This document shows positions 9,150 to 17,770 of a stretch of DNA of 64,000 nt, piece by piece (positions within the stretch are counted from its first letter, which is position 1; every line of letters starts with the position of its first letter). This DNA comes from Bacilli bacterium (GTDB taxonomy: Bacteria; Bacillota_I; Bacilli_A; RF39; UBA660). The notes under the pieces were generated by a model. That model was not told the origin of the DNA. It saw only the letters and a program-made list of their open reading frames with translations, and made no database searches. The stretch lies in the NCBI GenBank assembly GCA_017433415.1, contig JAFRHI010000019.1:4327-68326 (forward strand), given 5' to 3'. The position numbers were made by a program, and so were the translations under genes.

Positions 9150-11417
9150 TTAACAACTGCAACAGTCGTATGAATTAATTTTTTCCATCGCTACGCCTTC
9201 ATTTTCGTGGCGACCACATCTTGGGCAAACATCTTTAATTACTCCCACATATCCACAAACAGGATCTCTATCTACAGGATGGTTAATTGCCCCATAACCA
9301 ATATCATTATCATGCATTATTCTAACTACTTTTTCAAATGCATCAACATTATTAACTGTATCTCCATCCAATTCAACATATGAAATATGTCCAGCATTAG
9401 TAAATTTATGATATACCCCTTCAACTTCCATTTTATGCTTTACAGTAGTTCTATAATAAACTGGCACATGGAATGAATTAGTATAATAATCACGATCAGT
9501 TATTCCTTTTAATTTTCCATAGATTGATTTATCAATTCCAACAAATCTTCCTGATAATCCTTCAGCTGGAGTTGCCAAACAAGTGAAGTTTAGATTGTAT
9601 TCTTGACAATACATATCACATCTTTCACGCATATGTTTAATAATTTCAATTCCAAGTTTTTGAGCTTTTTCACTCTCTCCATGATGTTCACCAATTAAAG
9701 CTTTAAGCGTTTCAGCTAAACCTATAAAACCAATTGATAAAGTACCATGTTTTAAAACAGTTCTAAGTTTACTATTTCCAAGCTTTTCACTATTAATCCA
9801 AACATGTGAACCAATTAAGAATTTGAAATTAGCTCTAGTCTTAGAACATTGACATTCAAATCTTTGTAATAATTGATTCTTAACTAAATCCATTGTTGCA
9901 TCCAACTCTTCATAAAAGCCCTTCATATCGGCTTTCTTTCTTTCACCAAGAGCAATACCATGTTTAATACCAATTCTTGGAAGATTGATTGAAGTAAAAC
10001 TTAAATTTCCTCTTCCAGGAGTAACTGAAGGTCCACAAACATTAGCAAGTACTCTTGTACGACATCCCATATATCCAACTTCAGTAGTATAATCACCATC
10101 TACTAAGAATTGTTTGTTAAAACTTGAATCTAAGAATGAAAAGTTAGGGAATAATCTTTTAGCAGAAACTCTACAAGCTAATCTAAATAAATCATAACTT
10201 GGATCTCCAGGATTATAATTAATACCTTCTTTTACCTTAAAGATTGATATAGGGAATATTGGAGTTTCTCCATGCCCTAATCCACTATCAGTTGCAAGTA
10301 AGAAATTCTTAATAACCATTCTTCCTTCAGGTGAAGTATCAGTTCCAAAATTAACTGATGAAAATGGTACTTGTGCCCCAGCTCTAGAGTGCATTGTATT
10401 TAAATTATGAATAAATGCTTCCATTGCTTGGAATGTTTGTCTATCGGTCTTATTAAGAGCATTAGTATAAGCTACATTAAATATCTCTTTAACTTTCTCA
10501 CTCTTCATAAATTCAGAAAACACTTCTAAATCAAATTCAATAGTATTTAATTTATCAATAACTTCAATTACATTATCAAAATTAATATATTCATCAAAGC
10601 CCTCAAATTTAAGTAAATTAGATAATTCTTGCTTAAATTCCTTTTTAAATGTCTTTAAAACACCAGGAGCCATATAATAATCAAATGCTGGAATACTTTG
10701 ACCACCATGTTGTTCATTTTGATTTGACTGTATTGCTATAGCAGCAAGTGCTGTATATGAAGCAATAGAGTTTGGTGTTCTTAAAAATCCATGTCCAGTT
10801 GAAAAACCATTCTTAAACAATTTATTTAAATCAATTTGTGTACATGTTGTTGTACCCATTGCCCAGAAATCCAAGTCATGAATATGAATTAATCCTTCAT
10901 CATGAGCTCTAGCATACTTATTATCCATTAAATAGGCTTTAGCAAATTCCTTTGATACTGTAGAACCAAAATGTAACATTGTTCCCATTGGTCCATCACC
11001 ATCAACATTAGCATTTTCTCTTTTAGAGTTCTCCTCAGATGCACTTTTTAATCCTAAAGATTCAATTGCTTTAACGAATTTATGCTGTTGCTTAACAACA
11101 AATGCTTCACGTGATGCTGTTCTTCTATCACGATATCCTTTATATGATTCATATACTTCCTCATATTTTTGCTTTTTCAAAATATCTTCAATAATATCTT
11201 GAACATCTTCAACACCAATAGTCTTACGATCTTGATAATTCTTAGCAATATAGTCTATTACTTTTTCCTTTACTTTATTAACATTTTTTTCATCATAATC
11301 TTCATATACACTATCGAACCCCTTTTTTATAGCAAGAGCAACTTTAGTCTCATTAAAAGCAACTCTTTGTCCACTTCTTTTTACAACCACAAGGTCATTT
11401 AACACATCTTTTTCCAT
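9150..11417 (-). CDS. nrdD: anaerobic ribonucleoside-triphosphate reductase large chain lacking the glycyl-radical tail
   Basis: N-terminal ATP-cone (VVKRSGQRVAFNETK). Class III RNR core. C-terminal Zn site is DPVCGY...CPRCG, then ...MEKINSYDCCSC and a stop, with no G-radical motif in this frame. Confidence 0.85.
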   Translation of the reverse strand: MEKDVLNDLVVVKRSGQRVAFNETKVALAIKKGFDSVYEDYDEKNVNKVKEKVIDYIAKNYQDRKTIGVEDVQDIIEDILKKQKYEEVYESYKGYRDRRTASREAFVVKQQHKFVKAIESLGLKSASEENSKRENANVDGDGPMGTMLHFGSTVSKEFAKAYLMDNKYARAHDEGLIHIHDLDFWAMGTTTCTQIDLNKLFKNGFSTGHGFLRTPNSIASYTALAAIAIQSNQNEQHGGQSIPAFDYYMAPGVLKTFKKEFKQELSNLLKFEGFDEYINFDNVIEVIDKLNTIEFDLEVFSEFMKSEKVKEIFNVAYTNALNKTDRQTFQAMEAFIHNLNTMHSRAGAQVPFSSVNFGTDTSPEGRMVIKNFLLATDSGLGHGETPIFPISIFKVKEGINYNPGDPSYDLFRLACRVSAKRLFPNFSFLDSSFNKQFLVDGDYTTEVGYMGCRTRVLANVCGPSVTPGRGNLSFTSINLPRIGIKHGIALGERKKADMKGFYEELDATMDLVKNQLLQRFECQCSKTRANFKFLIGSHVWINSEKLGNSKLRTVLKHGTLSIGFIGLAETLKALIGEHHGESEKAQKLGIEIIKHMRERCDMYCQEYNLNFTCLATPAEGLSGRFVGIDKSIYGKLKGITDRDYYTNSFHVPVYYRTTVKHKMEVEGVYHKFTNAGHISYVELDGDTVNNVDAFEKVVRIMHDNDIGYGAINHPVDRDPVCGYVGVIKDVCPRCGRHENEGVAMEKINSYDCCSC

Positions 11418-11692
11418 ATATTACCTCCATGTATTTTTGATCTTTTATAACCAAATTTATCTTACTATATCCAGAATAAATACGCAATATTTTTTTTATC
11501 TATTTTTTTAATTTTATCTTTTTAATGTAAATATCATTTTTAAAAAAACAGTAAAAAAAAACATAAGTCGTTATATATCAACAAATAAGAATTTTAACCC
11601 CCTATTTTTTATTAACATTTAATTTGTACATAAAACTTATCCCTAGCAAATTTATTAAATTATATAAAAAAAGGAAGTATCTCTACTTCCTT

Positions 11693-11887
11693 TTATTTAA
11701 CAATATGTCCTTCATTATCAAGTTGTTCATTTGCCTTTATTTCTTCAAAATCACTGTAGAACATTTCATCAAGAGCTGCTTTTTCTTCTTCTCCATAAAT
11801 AAGATCTCTAGCCATTTCTTCCCCAACTTCTTGTGGAACACCACCTACTACTTGTTCTAAATCCTCTTCAAATATCTCATCTCTCAT
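11693..11887 (-). CDS. 64-aa acidic peptide with double-glycine-type leader
   Basis: MRDEIFEEDLEQVVGG / VPQEV... Hydrophobic residues at -4, -7 and -12 and an acidic residue at -8 fit the GG-leader pattern. A terminator hairpin lies at about 11668-11697. Confidence 0.4.
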   Translation of the reverse strand: MRDEIFEEDLEQVVGGVPQEVGEEMARDLIYGEEEKAALDEMFYSDFEEIKANEQLDNEGHIVK

Positions 11888-11912
11888 AAACAGTTCTCCT
11901 TTAATAATATTA

Positions 11913-12158
11913 TTATATCATATGTGCTGTAATAATAGTATAACTATACGAATTTATTGTGATTATAATACTGTCTACTTCACAATACCAATTTTTACCA
12001 ATCTTATAAATATAGCAACTATTATCTAAAATTTTATTCCTACAATAACTAACCACATCACCATTTAATTTAAGATTCTTTTTTATTCTCTTAGCACCTA
12101 ACTCCGTAGTATGTAGTTTATCTATATTTAACAATAATCCATTCATATAAACTACCAA
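11913..12158 (-). CDS. DUF3781-like small protein
   Basis: LHTTELGAKRIKKNL ... GKNWY ... YTIITAH pattern recalled for DUF3781. The start could instead be the internal MNGLL. Confidence 0.55.
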   Translation of the reverse strand: MVVYMNGLLLNIDKLHTTELGAKRIKKNLKLNGDVVSYCRNKILDNSCYIYKIGKNWYCEVDSIIITINSYSYTIITAHMI

Positions 12159-12820
12159 ATATACGGAATCAATCGATACTTAACCTTATTTTCATATTCG
12201 CTATACCCTTTTAATTCTTTTTCTAATATGATTTCTTCATTCTTAATCCTCTTAATAATAATAAAAGGATACATAAGAAATATAAAAAATGAAATAATTG
12301 AACCAAGTATTAAAGGTATCATCAAAAATAAAATAATAGTAATCATATACATCGGATGTCTAACTATTCCATATAAACCTGTATCAATAACTTTTTGATT
12401 ATTTCTAACACCAATAGTCCTAGACAAAAATGAATTTTCCCTTAATACTTCGCCATATAAAATATAAGATACAATAAATATAATAGAAGCAATTATTACA
12501 ATACTCCTAGGAAGAATAATTAAGCTATAACGATAGTTTAATCCTGCCACTACAAAACCACTAATAAACATTAAACTACTATATAGTAAAACTTCCTTTT
12601 GTTCAGATTCTTTTTCCCTAACATCTAATCTACTTTTAAGTAAATCAGGATTTTTAAAATATAAAATTAATCCTACAAAAAACATAGGTATAAATAATAA
12701 TCCCATAAATAACCAAGCATTAGTATAGTTAAATGTACCTGGTATAAATAATAATAAACCAACAAGTATCAATCCCATTAAAAATTTAATTATGGCTTGT
12801 ATTAATAATTTACTATCCAT
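12152..12820 (-). CDS. isoprenylcysteine carboxyl / phospholipid methyltransferase-family membrane protein
   Basis: Multi-TM protein. GLYGIVRHPMY motif. Confidence 0.7.
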   Translation of the reverse strand: MDSKLLIQAIIKFLMGLILVGLLLFIPGTFNYTNAWLFMGLLFIPMFFVGLILYFKNPDLLKSRLDVREKESEQKEVLLYSSLMFISGFVVAGLNYRYSLIILPRSIVIIASIIFIVSYILYGEVLRENSFLSRTIGVRNNQKVIDTGLYGIVRHPMYMITIILFLMIPLILGSIISFFIFLMYPFIIIKRIKNEEIILEKELKGYSEYENKVKYRLIPYIW

Positions 12821-12827
12821 AATTCAC

Positions 12828-13571
12828 CTACTTTAATAATTTTTCAAAACTATTAGCATTTAAAATAGTATTAGATAGAAATTTTCCTTTATAAAAATTA
12901 GCCCAATTATTAATAATACAAGGAGCATTCTTTGCTTTCTCTAAGGAATCTATTTTAACAAAATTTAATTTAATGTTCTTACTATTAGCATAGTCACTTA
13001 ATTCTTTTACTTCATATTCTACATAAGGACATTCATTAGAATAGTAAATTGTAAAGTCAACACTATCTATTTCCATACGTCTAGCACTATCACTAAATTT
13101 AGGAGTATCACTATTATCAAACTGTAAAGCTAATAATTCATAGTCATCAATAGTATCCACTACTTTAAAACCAAAATGTTCAAAGAACTTTTTATCACCA
13201 ATAAATGGTTTCTTTTTCTTAGTAACTAAAGTACATATACCACTCATTTTCTTACTCTTAGCATCATTAATAGCATACTCTAACAACTCTTTAGCAATAC
13301 CTTTTCCTTTAAAACTACCAGCTACCCATAAACAATAAATATATTCATAATTTTTACCAATAACCGGTACCCAAGCAGTCTCAATTGGTTCATATTCAAT
13401 AAATATCTTTCCTCTAGCATTTAATTTTCGAAATACATGACCATCACTAAACTTACTCTTAATCCATTCTTTTTTCTTATCAACACCAGCTTGATGCTTA
13501 GGATCACCTATAGCGCAGCAAATATGTTCATCTAAAATATTATTCACATCTAAATTAATATATTCATTCAT
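12828..13571 (-). CDS. GNAT N-acetyltransferase with a C-terminal extra domain (YoaP-like)
   Basis: WVAGSFKGKGIAKELLEYAI acetyl-CoA motif. The ATG at 13571 lies 7 nt after AAGGAG; the track start at 13598 overlaps the upstream gene. Confidence 0.65.
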   Translation of the reverse strand: MNEYINLDVNNILDEHICCAIGDPKHQAGVDKKKEWIKSKFSDGHVFRKLNARGKIFIEYEPIETAWVPVIGKNYEYIYCLWVAGSFKGKGIAKELLEYAINDAKSKKMSGICTLVTKKKKPFIGDKKFFEHFGFKVVDTIDDYELLALQFDNSDTPKFSDSARRMEIDSVDFTIYYSNECPYVEYEVKELSDYANSKNIKLNFVKIDSLEKAKNAPCIINNWANFYKGKFLSNTILNANSFEKLLK

Positions 13572-13575
13572 AAAA

Positions 13576-14199
13576 TTACTCCTTATTTTTTTTCGCAATC
13601 ATAGCTTCTAAAGCAGGTTCCCATGATGAATAATTTAAACAAGGGTTATAATCTTCTCTTCTATCATCATACAAGTCCTGCTCTTTAACTTTTTCTAATA
13701 GGTATGGATAAAACTCTTCATAGATTCTCTTATCAACACACAAACTATTTCCAAATCCCATATCAACGTAAATATATTTTTCGGAATACTTATCATCCAC
13801 AAAGTACTTTTTTAATGCCTCTTCCCATTTAGGAAATTGATCTAAAAATTCACCATAAGAAATATCCTTATCTGATTTATTATTTAAACACCAACCACCA
13901 ACTCTATATTTTATAAAATTACCATCTTTTTCTATAACAAATGTTGAGCCATCAATATCTCCCATTCTCCCAGGATTAGTTACAAAAAATAAATCATCTT
14001 CTTTTAGTTTTAAAAAATCTTTTTTTGATATTTCTTTTGTCTCCAAAGTACAACCCATTATATCACCCATCGTAATTATATCATAACTTTTATATTTACT
14101 TGTTCTTTTCATAGTATTTTTTCTTAACACTAAAATAAAAGAAGCACCTAACTCAACATTGAGATAGGTGCAAACCAAAAACTTTTGGGTAACACTCAA
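13576..14199 (-). CDS. hypothetical protein (true start probably internal, about 14070-14110)
   Basis: The N-terminal about 30-45 codons of the track ORF run into promoter/repeat sequence. Candidate starts are MKRTSKY or MGCTLE. No recognisable motifs. Confidence 0.45.
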   Translation of the reverse strand: MSVTQKFLVCTYLNVELGASFILVLRKNTMKRTSKYKSYDIITMGDIMGCTLETKEISKKDFLKLKEDDLFFVTNPGRMGDIDGSTFVIEKDGNFIKYRVGGWCLNNKSDKDISYGEFLDQFPKWEEALKKYFVDDKYSEKYIYVDMGFGNSLCVDKRIYEEFYPYLLEKVKEQDLYDDRREDYNPCLNYSSWEPALEAMIAKKNKE

Positions 14200-14215
14200 T
14201 CTCTGAAAATTAAGT

Positions 14216-14369
14216 GTTCCTTTTTTATTTTATGAAGTTTCCTTCATCTGTATACATAATATTATACTTTTATATCTTTGTCAAAATTACATAAACGTAT
14301 ACAAGCTGAAATAAACAATTAAAAATATCAAGTTTTTCGAATTTTTGGTATCTGTATGGTATCTAGAAA
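14216..14369. repeat. 154-bp direct repeat, copy 1
   Basis: About 98 percent identical to 14632..14786 (three differences seen). Carries a minus-strand TTGACA-17-TATTAT promoter facing the 13576 gene. Confidence 0.9.
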
Positions 14370-14469
14370 TATATATTGACGTAGAACATATATTTGATAT
14401 ACTAATCTTAGGAACATTTAGTTGTTGAGTGTCTACCTCCAATCCAACATAGAGAGGAGATTTGAGAGA

Positions 14470-14562
14470 ATGAAAAAACGTAAATACAACATAAAGTTGC
14501 TTCGCTACATATCACTCATTTTACTACTCTTAACCTTACTGGTTTTAGTAATAAAAAAATGA
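14470..14562 (+). CDS. 30-aa basic/hydrophobic membrane peptide, candidate type I toxin
   Basis: MKKRKYNIKLLRYISLILLLLTLLVLVIKK. Own promoter is TTGACG-16-TATACT (14376-14403). SD is AGAGGAGA. Plus-strand terminator is at 14606-14650. Confidence 0.5.
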   Translation: MKKRKYNIKLLRYISLILLLLTLLVLVIKK

Positions 14563-14665
14563 CACTTAAGTCTATGACTTAAATGTCTAACAAAGAAATT
14601 TGGGTAGACATTCAACATGCAAAAACTGAATGTTCCCTTTTTTATTTTATGAAGTTTCCTTCATC
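14550..14665 (-). ncRNA. candidate antisense RNA convergent with the small peptide gene
   Basis: Minus-strand promoter TTGACA (14701-14696), 17-nt spacer, TATTAT (14678-14673) inside repeat copy 2. Minus-strand terminator is GACATTTAAGTC-ATA-GACTTAAGTGTC plus a T7 run (14587-14551), overlapping the peptide stop codon. Confidence 0.4.
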
Positions 14666-14786
14666 TGTATACATAATATCATACTTTTATATCTTTGTCA
14701 AAATTACATAAACGTATACAAACTGAAATAAACAATTAAAAATATCAAGTTTTTCGAATTTTTGGTATCTGTATGGTATCTAGAAA
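14632..14786. repeat. 154-bp direct repeat, copy 2
   Basis: See copy 1. Confidence 0.9.
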
Positions 14787-14811
14787 AAAACCAAAACTTC
14801 TAAAGCCCTTA

Positions 14812-14910
14812 TAAAATAAAGTGACACTGTCTCACGACAGTGTCTTCAGGGGGTTCGGTTGAATATACTCTCACAAAATGTGAGAGATATCGGCGTGACA
14901 TACATCACGC
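14812..14910 (-). ncRNA. candidate ~100-nt structured small RNA with its own promoter and terminator
   Basis: TTGACA (14945-14940), 17-nt spacer, TATGAT (14922-14917). Three GC-rich hairpins (GCGTGA..TCACGC, CTCTCAC..GTGAGAG, GACACTGTC..GACAGTGTC plus a U-run). Single-stranded AACCGAACCCCCUGAAG. No ORF. Confidence 0.45.
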
Positions 14911-14965
14911 ATCTTAATCATAAGGTATAATTTATGAATTGTCAATTGGCTTTTATAAAAAAAAT

Positions 14966-14995
14966 TATCTTTACAGAGAATACTCTGTAAAGATA
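14966..14995 (-). terminator. recG terminator
   Basis: ATCTTTACAGAG-TATT-CTCTGTAAAGAT followed by AATTTTTTTT on the minus strand. Confidence 0.75.
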
Positions 14996-14996
14996 T

Positions 14997-16991
14997 TTAG
15001 CCATTCGTTATTGAATTTATTAATAAATTCTTTATTTCATCACTATCTGAGTCTTTATTTAATAAATATTCTTTTGAATCTTTCTTTGCTTGTAAAAGAA
15101 TTTTATAATCATTTTTGATACTTGCAATCTTAAATGTCATATCACCACTTTGCTTAGTACCAAATAAATCTCCATGTCCACGTAGTTTAAAATCCTCTTC
15201 CGCAATAACAAACCCATCATCTTCTCTTTCCATTATCTTAAGGCGCTCTGCATCGCTATCACTGATTAAAATACATTGACTCTTTGATGTACCTCTACCT
15301 ACTCTACCACGTAATTGATGAAGTGTAGAAAGACCAAATCTATCAGCATCAAAAATAACCATCGTCGTAGCATTAGGAACATCTACTCCTACTTCCACAA
15401 CTGTTGTGGAAATAAGTATTTGTACTTCATTATTTTTAAATTGTTCCATTATTAAGTCTTTAGCTCCACTAGCCATTTTACCATGAACAATATCAATCTT
15501 ATATTTATCTTTAAAAGCTAATTTCATCTGATCTTTTAATTCATTAACTGTTGTTAAATCAGAGTTTTCACTTTCTTCAATAAGTGGTGCAATTACATAT
15601 ATTTGATGTTTCTTTTTTAATTCTTCATACATCATTTTTAAAACATCAGTAATTTCACTATTCTTTTTAACAAATGTATCTATTTTTTGTCTACCCTTAG
15701 GTCTTTCTTTAATAGTAGAAACATCCATATCACCAAAAATAGTCAAAGCATAAGTTCTAGGGATTGGAGTTGCACTCATATATAAAACATCTGGTTTTAT
15801 TCCCTTATTCTTTAAATTAGCTCTTTGATGAACACCAAATCGATGTTGTTCATCAGTAATAACAAGTCCTAAATTATTATAAATAACTTCATCTTGAATT
15901 AAAGCATGAGTACCAATAACCATATTAATAGTACCCGTCATTAAGCCTTTATAAATCTCATTTTTTTCTTTCTTTGAAGTTGATCCTGTAAGTAGAGCAA
16001 CTTTTACCCTACTCCCCTTTAAAAACTTCTCTAAATTAAGATAATGTTGAGTAGCTAAAATCTCAGTAGGGGCCATTAAAGCACTTTGATATCCACATAA
16101 GTAATTAGCATACATTGCCGTAAAAGCAACTACAGTTTTACCACTACCAACATCACCTTGTAATAATCTATTCATCCTACTAGGTGCTTCTAAATCAGTA
16201 ATAATCTCATCTATTGCTAGTTTTTGATCATTAGTAAGTTCAAAAGGAATCTTACCAATAAACTTATCTAATTTATCACGATCAATATTTCTAACTAAAC
16301 CATTTTTTTCTTTTTTATTTTGAATCTTCAAATAATTTATTTTAAACATAAATTGAAATAATTCTTCATACTTTAATCTAATTGTAACTTCTTTTAATTT
16401 TTCTGCTGTACTAGGATTATGAATAATATTTAAAGCTGTCTTCTTATTAACAAAATTATATCTATCTCTATATTCATCAGGAATATAATCCATTACATCA
16501 CGACCATACATAAGTAATGCCATATTTATATAAGTAGACATATTCTTACTAGTTAATCCACTTGTACAATGATATACAGGTTCTATTTTAACACTATTTG
16601 TAAGTGTCCCCATCTTTAAATCATTCGCTGTAATTACATTCTTACTCTTATCAAGTTTTCCAATCACAATAACATCTGTTCCGACTAACAATTTACTTTT
16701 TAAAAAAGCTCTATTAAAAATTGAAACACCAACTACTCCACTAGCTGTTACAAGTCGAAAATTCATTTTATTTAAGCCTGCTTTAAAGCGCATCAAAATT
16801 GGGACACTTTCAACTTTACCATCAATAATGATCTTTTCGCCATCTTCTATCTCAGCTAAATTATCTCTTTTTAAAACATCATATCTAAAAGGATAATGGG
16901 TAACTAAATCTTCAATTGTATTTATACCTATTTTATTTAATAAAGAAAGACTCTTAGGACCAATTCCCTTAACATCTTTAAGTTCTGCCAT
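14997..16991 (-). CDS. recG: ATP-dependent DNA helicase RecG
   Basis: N-terminal wedge/OB region. GDVGSGKT, DEQHRFG, SATPIPRT, QLRGRVGRG motifs. Confidence 0.9.
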   Translation of the reverse strand: MAELKDVKGIGPKSLSLLNKIGINTIEDLVTHYPFRYDVLKRDNLAEIEDGEKIIIDGKVESVPILMRFKAGLNKMNFRLVTASGVVGVSIFNRAFLKSKLLVGTDVIVIGKLDKSKNVITANDLKMGTLTNSVKIEPVYHCTSGLTSKNMSTYINMALLMYGRDVMDYIPDEYRDRYNFVNKKTALNIIHNPSTAEKLKEVTIRLKYEELFQFMFKINYLKIQNKKEKNGLVRNIDRDKLDKFIGKIPFELTNDQKLAIDEIITDLEAPSRMNRLLQGDVGSGKTVVAFTAMYANYLCGYQSALMAPTEILATQHYLNLEKFLKGSRVKVALLTGSTSKKEKNEIYKGLMTGTINMVIGTHALIQDEVIYNNLGLVITDEQHRFGVHQRANLKNKGIKPDVLYMSATPIPRTYALTIFGDMDVSTIKERPKGRQKIDTFVKKNSEITDVLKMMYEELKKKHQIYVIAPLIEESENSDLTTVNELKDQMKLAFKDKYKIDIVHGKMASGAKDLIMEQFKNNEVQILISTTVVEVGVDVPNATTMVIFDADRFGLSTLHQLRGRVGRGTSKSQCILISDSDAERLKIMEREDDGFVIAEEDFKLRGHGDLFGTKQSGDMTFKIASIKNDYKILLQAKKDSKEYLLNKDSDSDEIKNLLINSITNG

Positions 16992-17224
16992 ACCACCACT
17001 TCCTTCTTGGCATATTGTATCATATTTTCATTTTTTTTTAAAGAAAAATCTACTTTATTTTTATTATTTATTAATTATTAAAAATCCTTTGTATTATAAG
17101 TTTTTCTTATATAAACAAGTGCTAAATATAAACACTTATTTTAACTAAAAAAGACTTAAAAAAAAAATTAATTTTTTTTGCATTTTTTGTTGACAAATAT
17201 AACCTTTTCGATTAGTATAAGAAC

Positions 17225-17360
17225 TACCAATTCGGAATTAGGCGAATTGGTCGCTAGTATCACACTAGCCAACCCCTTTTTATTCTTTTTGGAAGCTGGC
17301 CTCAGGGGGACAGCTTCTTAGATTAAAAACTAAAAAAGACGTGGCCGACGTCTTTTTTTG
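17225..17360 (+). ncRNA. candidate small RNA (promoter, hairpins, C-rich tract, terminator)
   Basis: TTGACA (17190-17195), 17-nt spacer, TAGTAT. Hairpins ACCAATTCG..CGAATTGGT, GCTAGT..ACTAGC and GAAGCTG..CAGCTTC. AACCCCUUUUU tract. AGACGT-GGCCG-ACGTCT terminator plus T-run, shared with the convergent gene. Confidence 0.3.
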
Positions 17361-17369
17361 TTATATAAA

Positions 17370-17690
17370 TTAATTATTTGTAGTTAACCAATCTAGACAG
17401 CACATAAATAAATATCCAAATCCAAAAGCTACTGCTAAACCAATTAAAAATAATAGTGCTTTTCCTATTTTTAAAGTAATAATAAAGTAGATAAATAATA
17501 TAATGGCAATTACCATACCTATTCTAATAAACCATGTTGAAATAAAAGCCAAAATATCAATCCACGTTTTATCATTTTTCTTCTTAACAACTACCTTTGT
17601 AGTAGTATCATCATAATCTTCATATTCTTCATGATCATCAACTTCATAGTAGTCATCATAATATTCTTCATAATCTTCTTTTCTTGCCAT
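17370..17690 (-). CDS. small membrane protein with acidic Tyr/Asp/Glu-rich N-terminus
   Basis: The ATG at 17690 lies 7 nt after GAAGGGGAA. Peptide begins MARKEDYEEYYDDYYEVDDHEEYEDYDD and is followed by two TM segments. Confidence 0.55.
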   Translation of the reverse strand: MARKEDYEEYYDDYYEVDDHEEYEDYDDTTTKVVVKKKNDKTWIDILAFISTWFIRIGMVIAIILFIYFIITLKIGKALLFLIGLAVAFGFGYLFMCCLDWLTTNN

Positions 17691-17770
17691 AATACCATTC
17701 CCCTTCAAATTACTAAGATTATACCACAAAATGCTTAAAAAATAAAGAAAAATATGCTTTTTAAGCATAT

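Noticed and set aside
9100-9200. nrdD break as a simple frameshift or sequencing error
   Set aside because: This is not a single-base shift. There is an in-frame stop, about 25 nt of spacer with a strong SD, and a new ATG with 13 novel codons. Assembly error still cannot be excluded without reads.
11169-11860. Plus-strand ORFs 11169..11402 and 11624..11860
   Set aside because: The first is antisense to nrdD. The second is antisense to the GG-leader peptide gene and consists of AT-rich Phe/Ile/Lys codons.
14845-14870. tRNA-like T-arm (GGGGGTTCGGTTGAAT)
   Set aside because: No acceptor stem, anticodon arm or D-arm can be drawn around it. It fits better as the single-stranded C-rich tract of a minus-strand sRNA.
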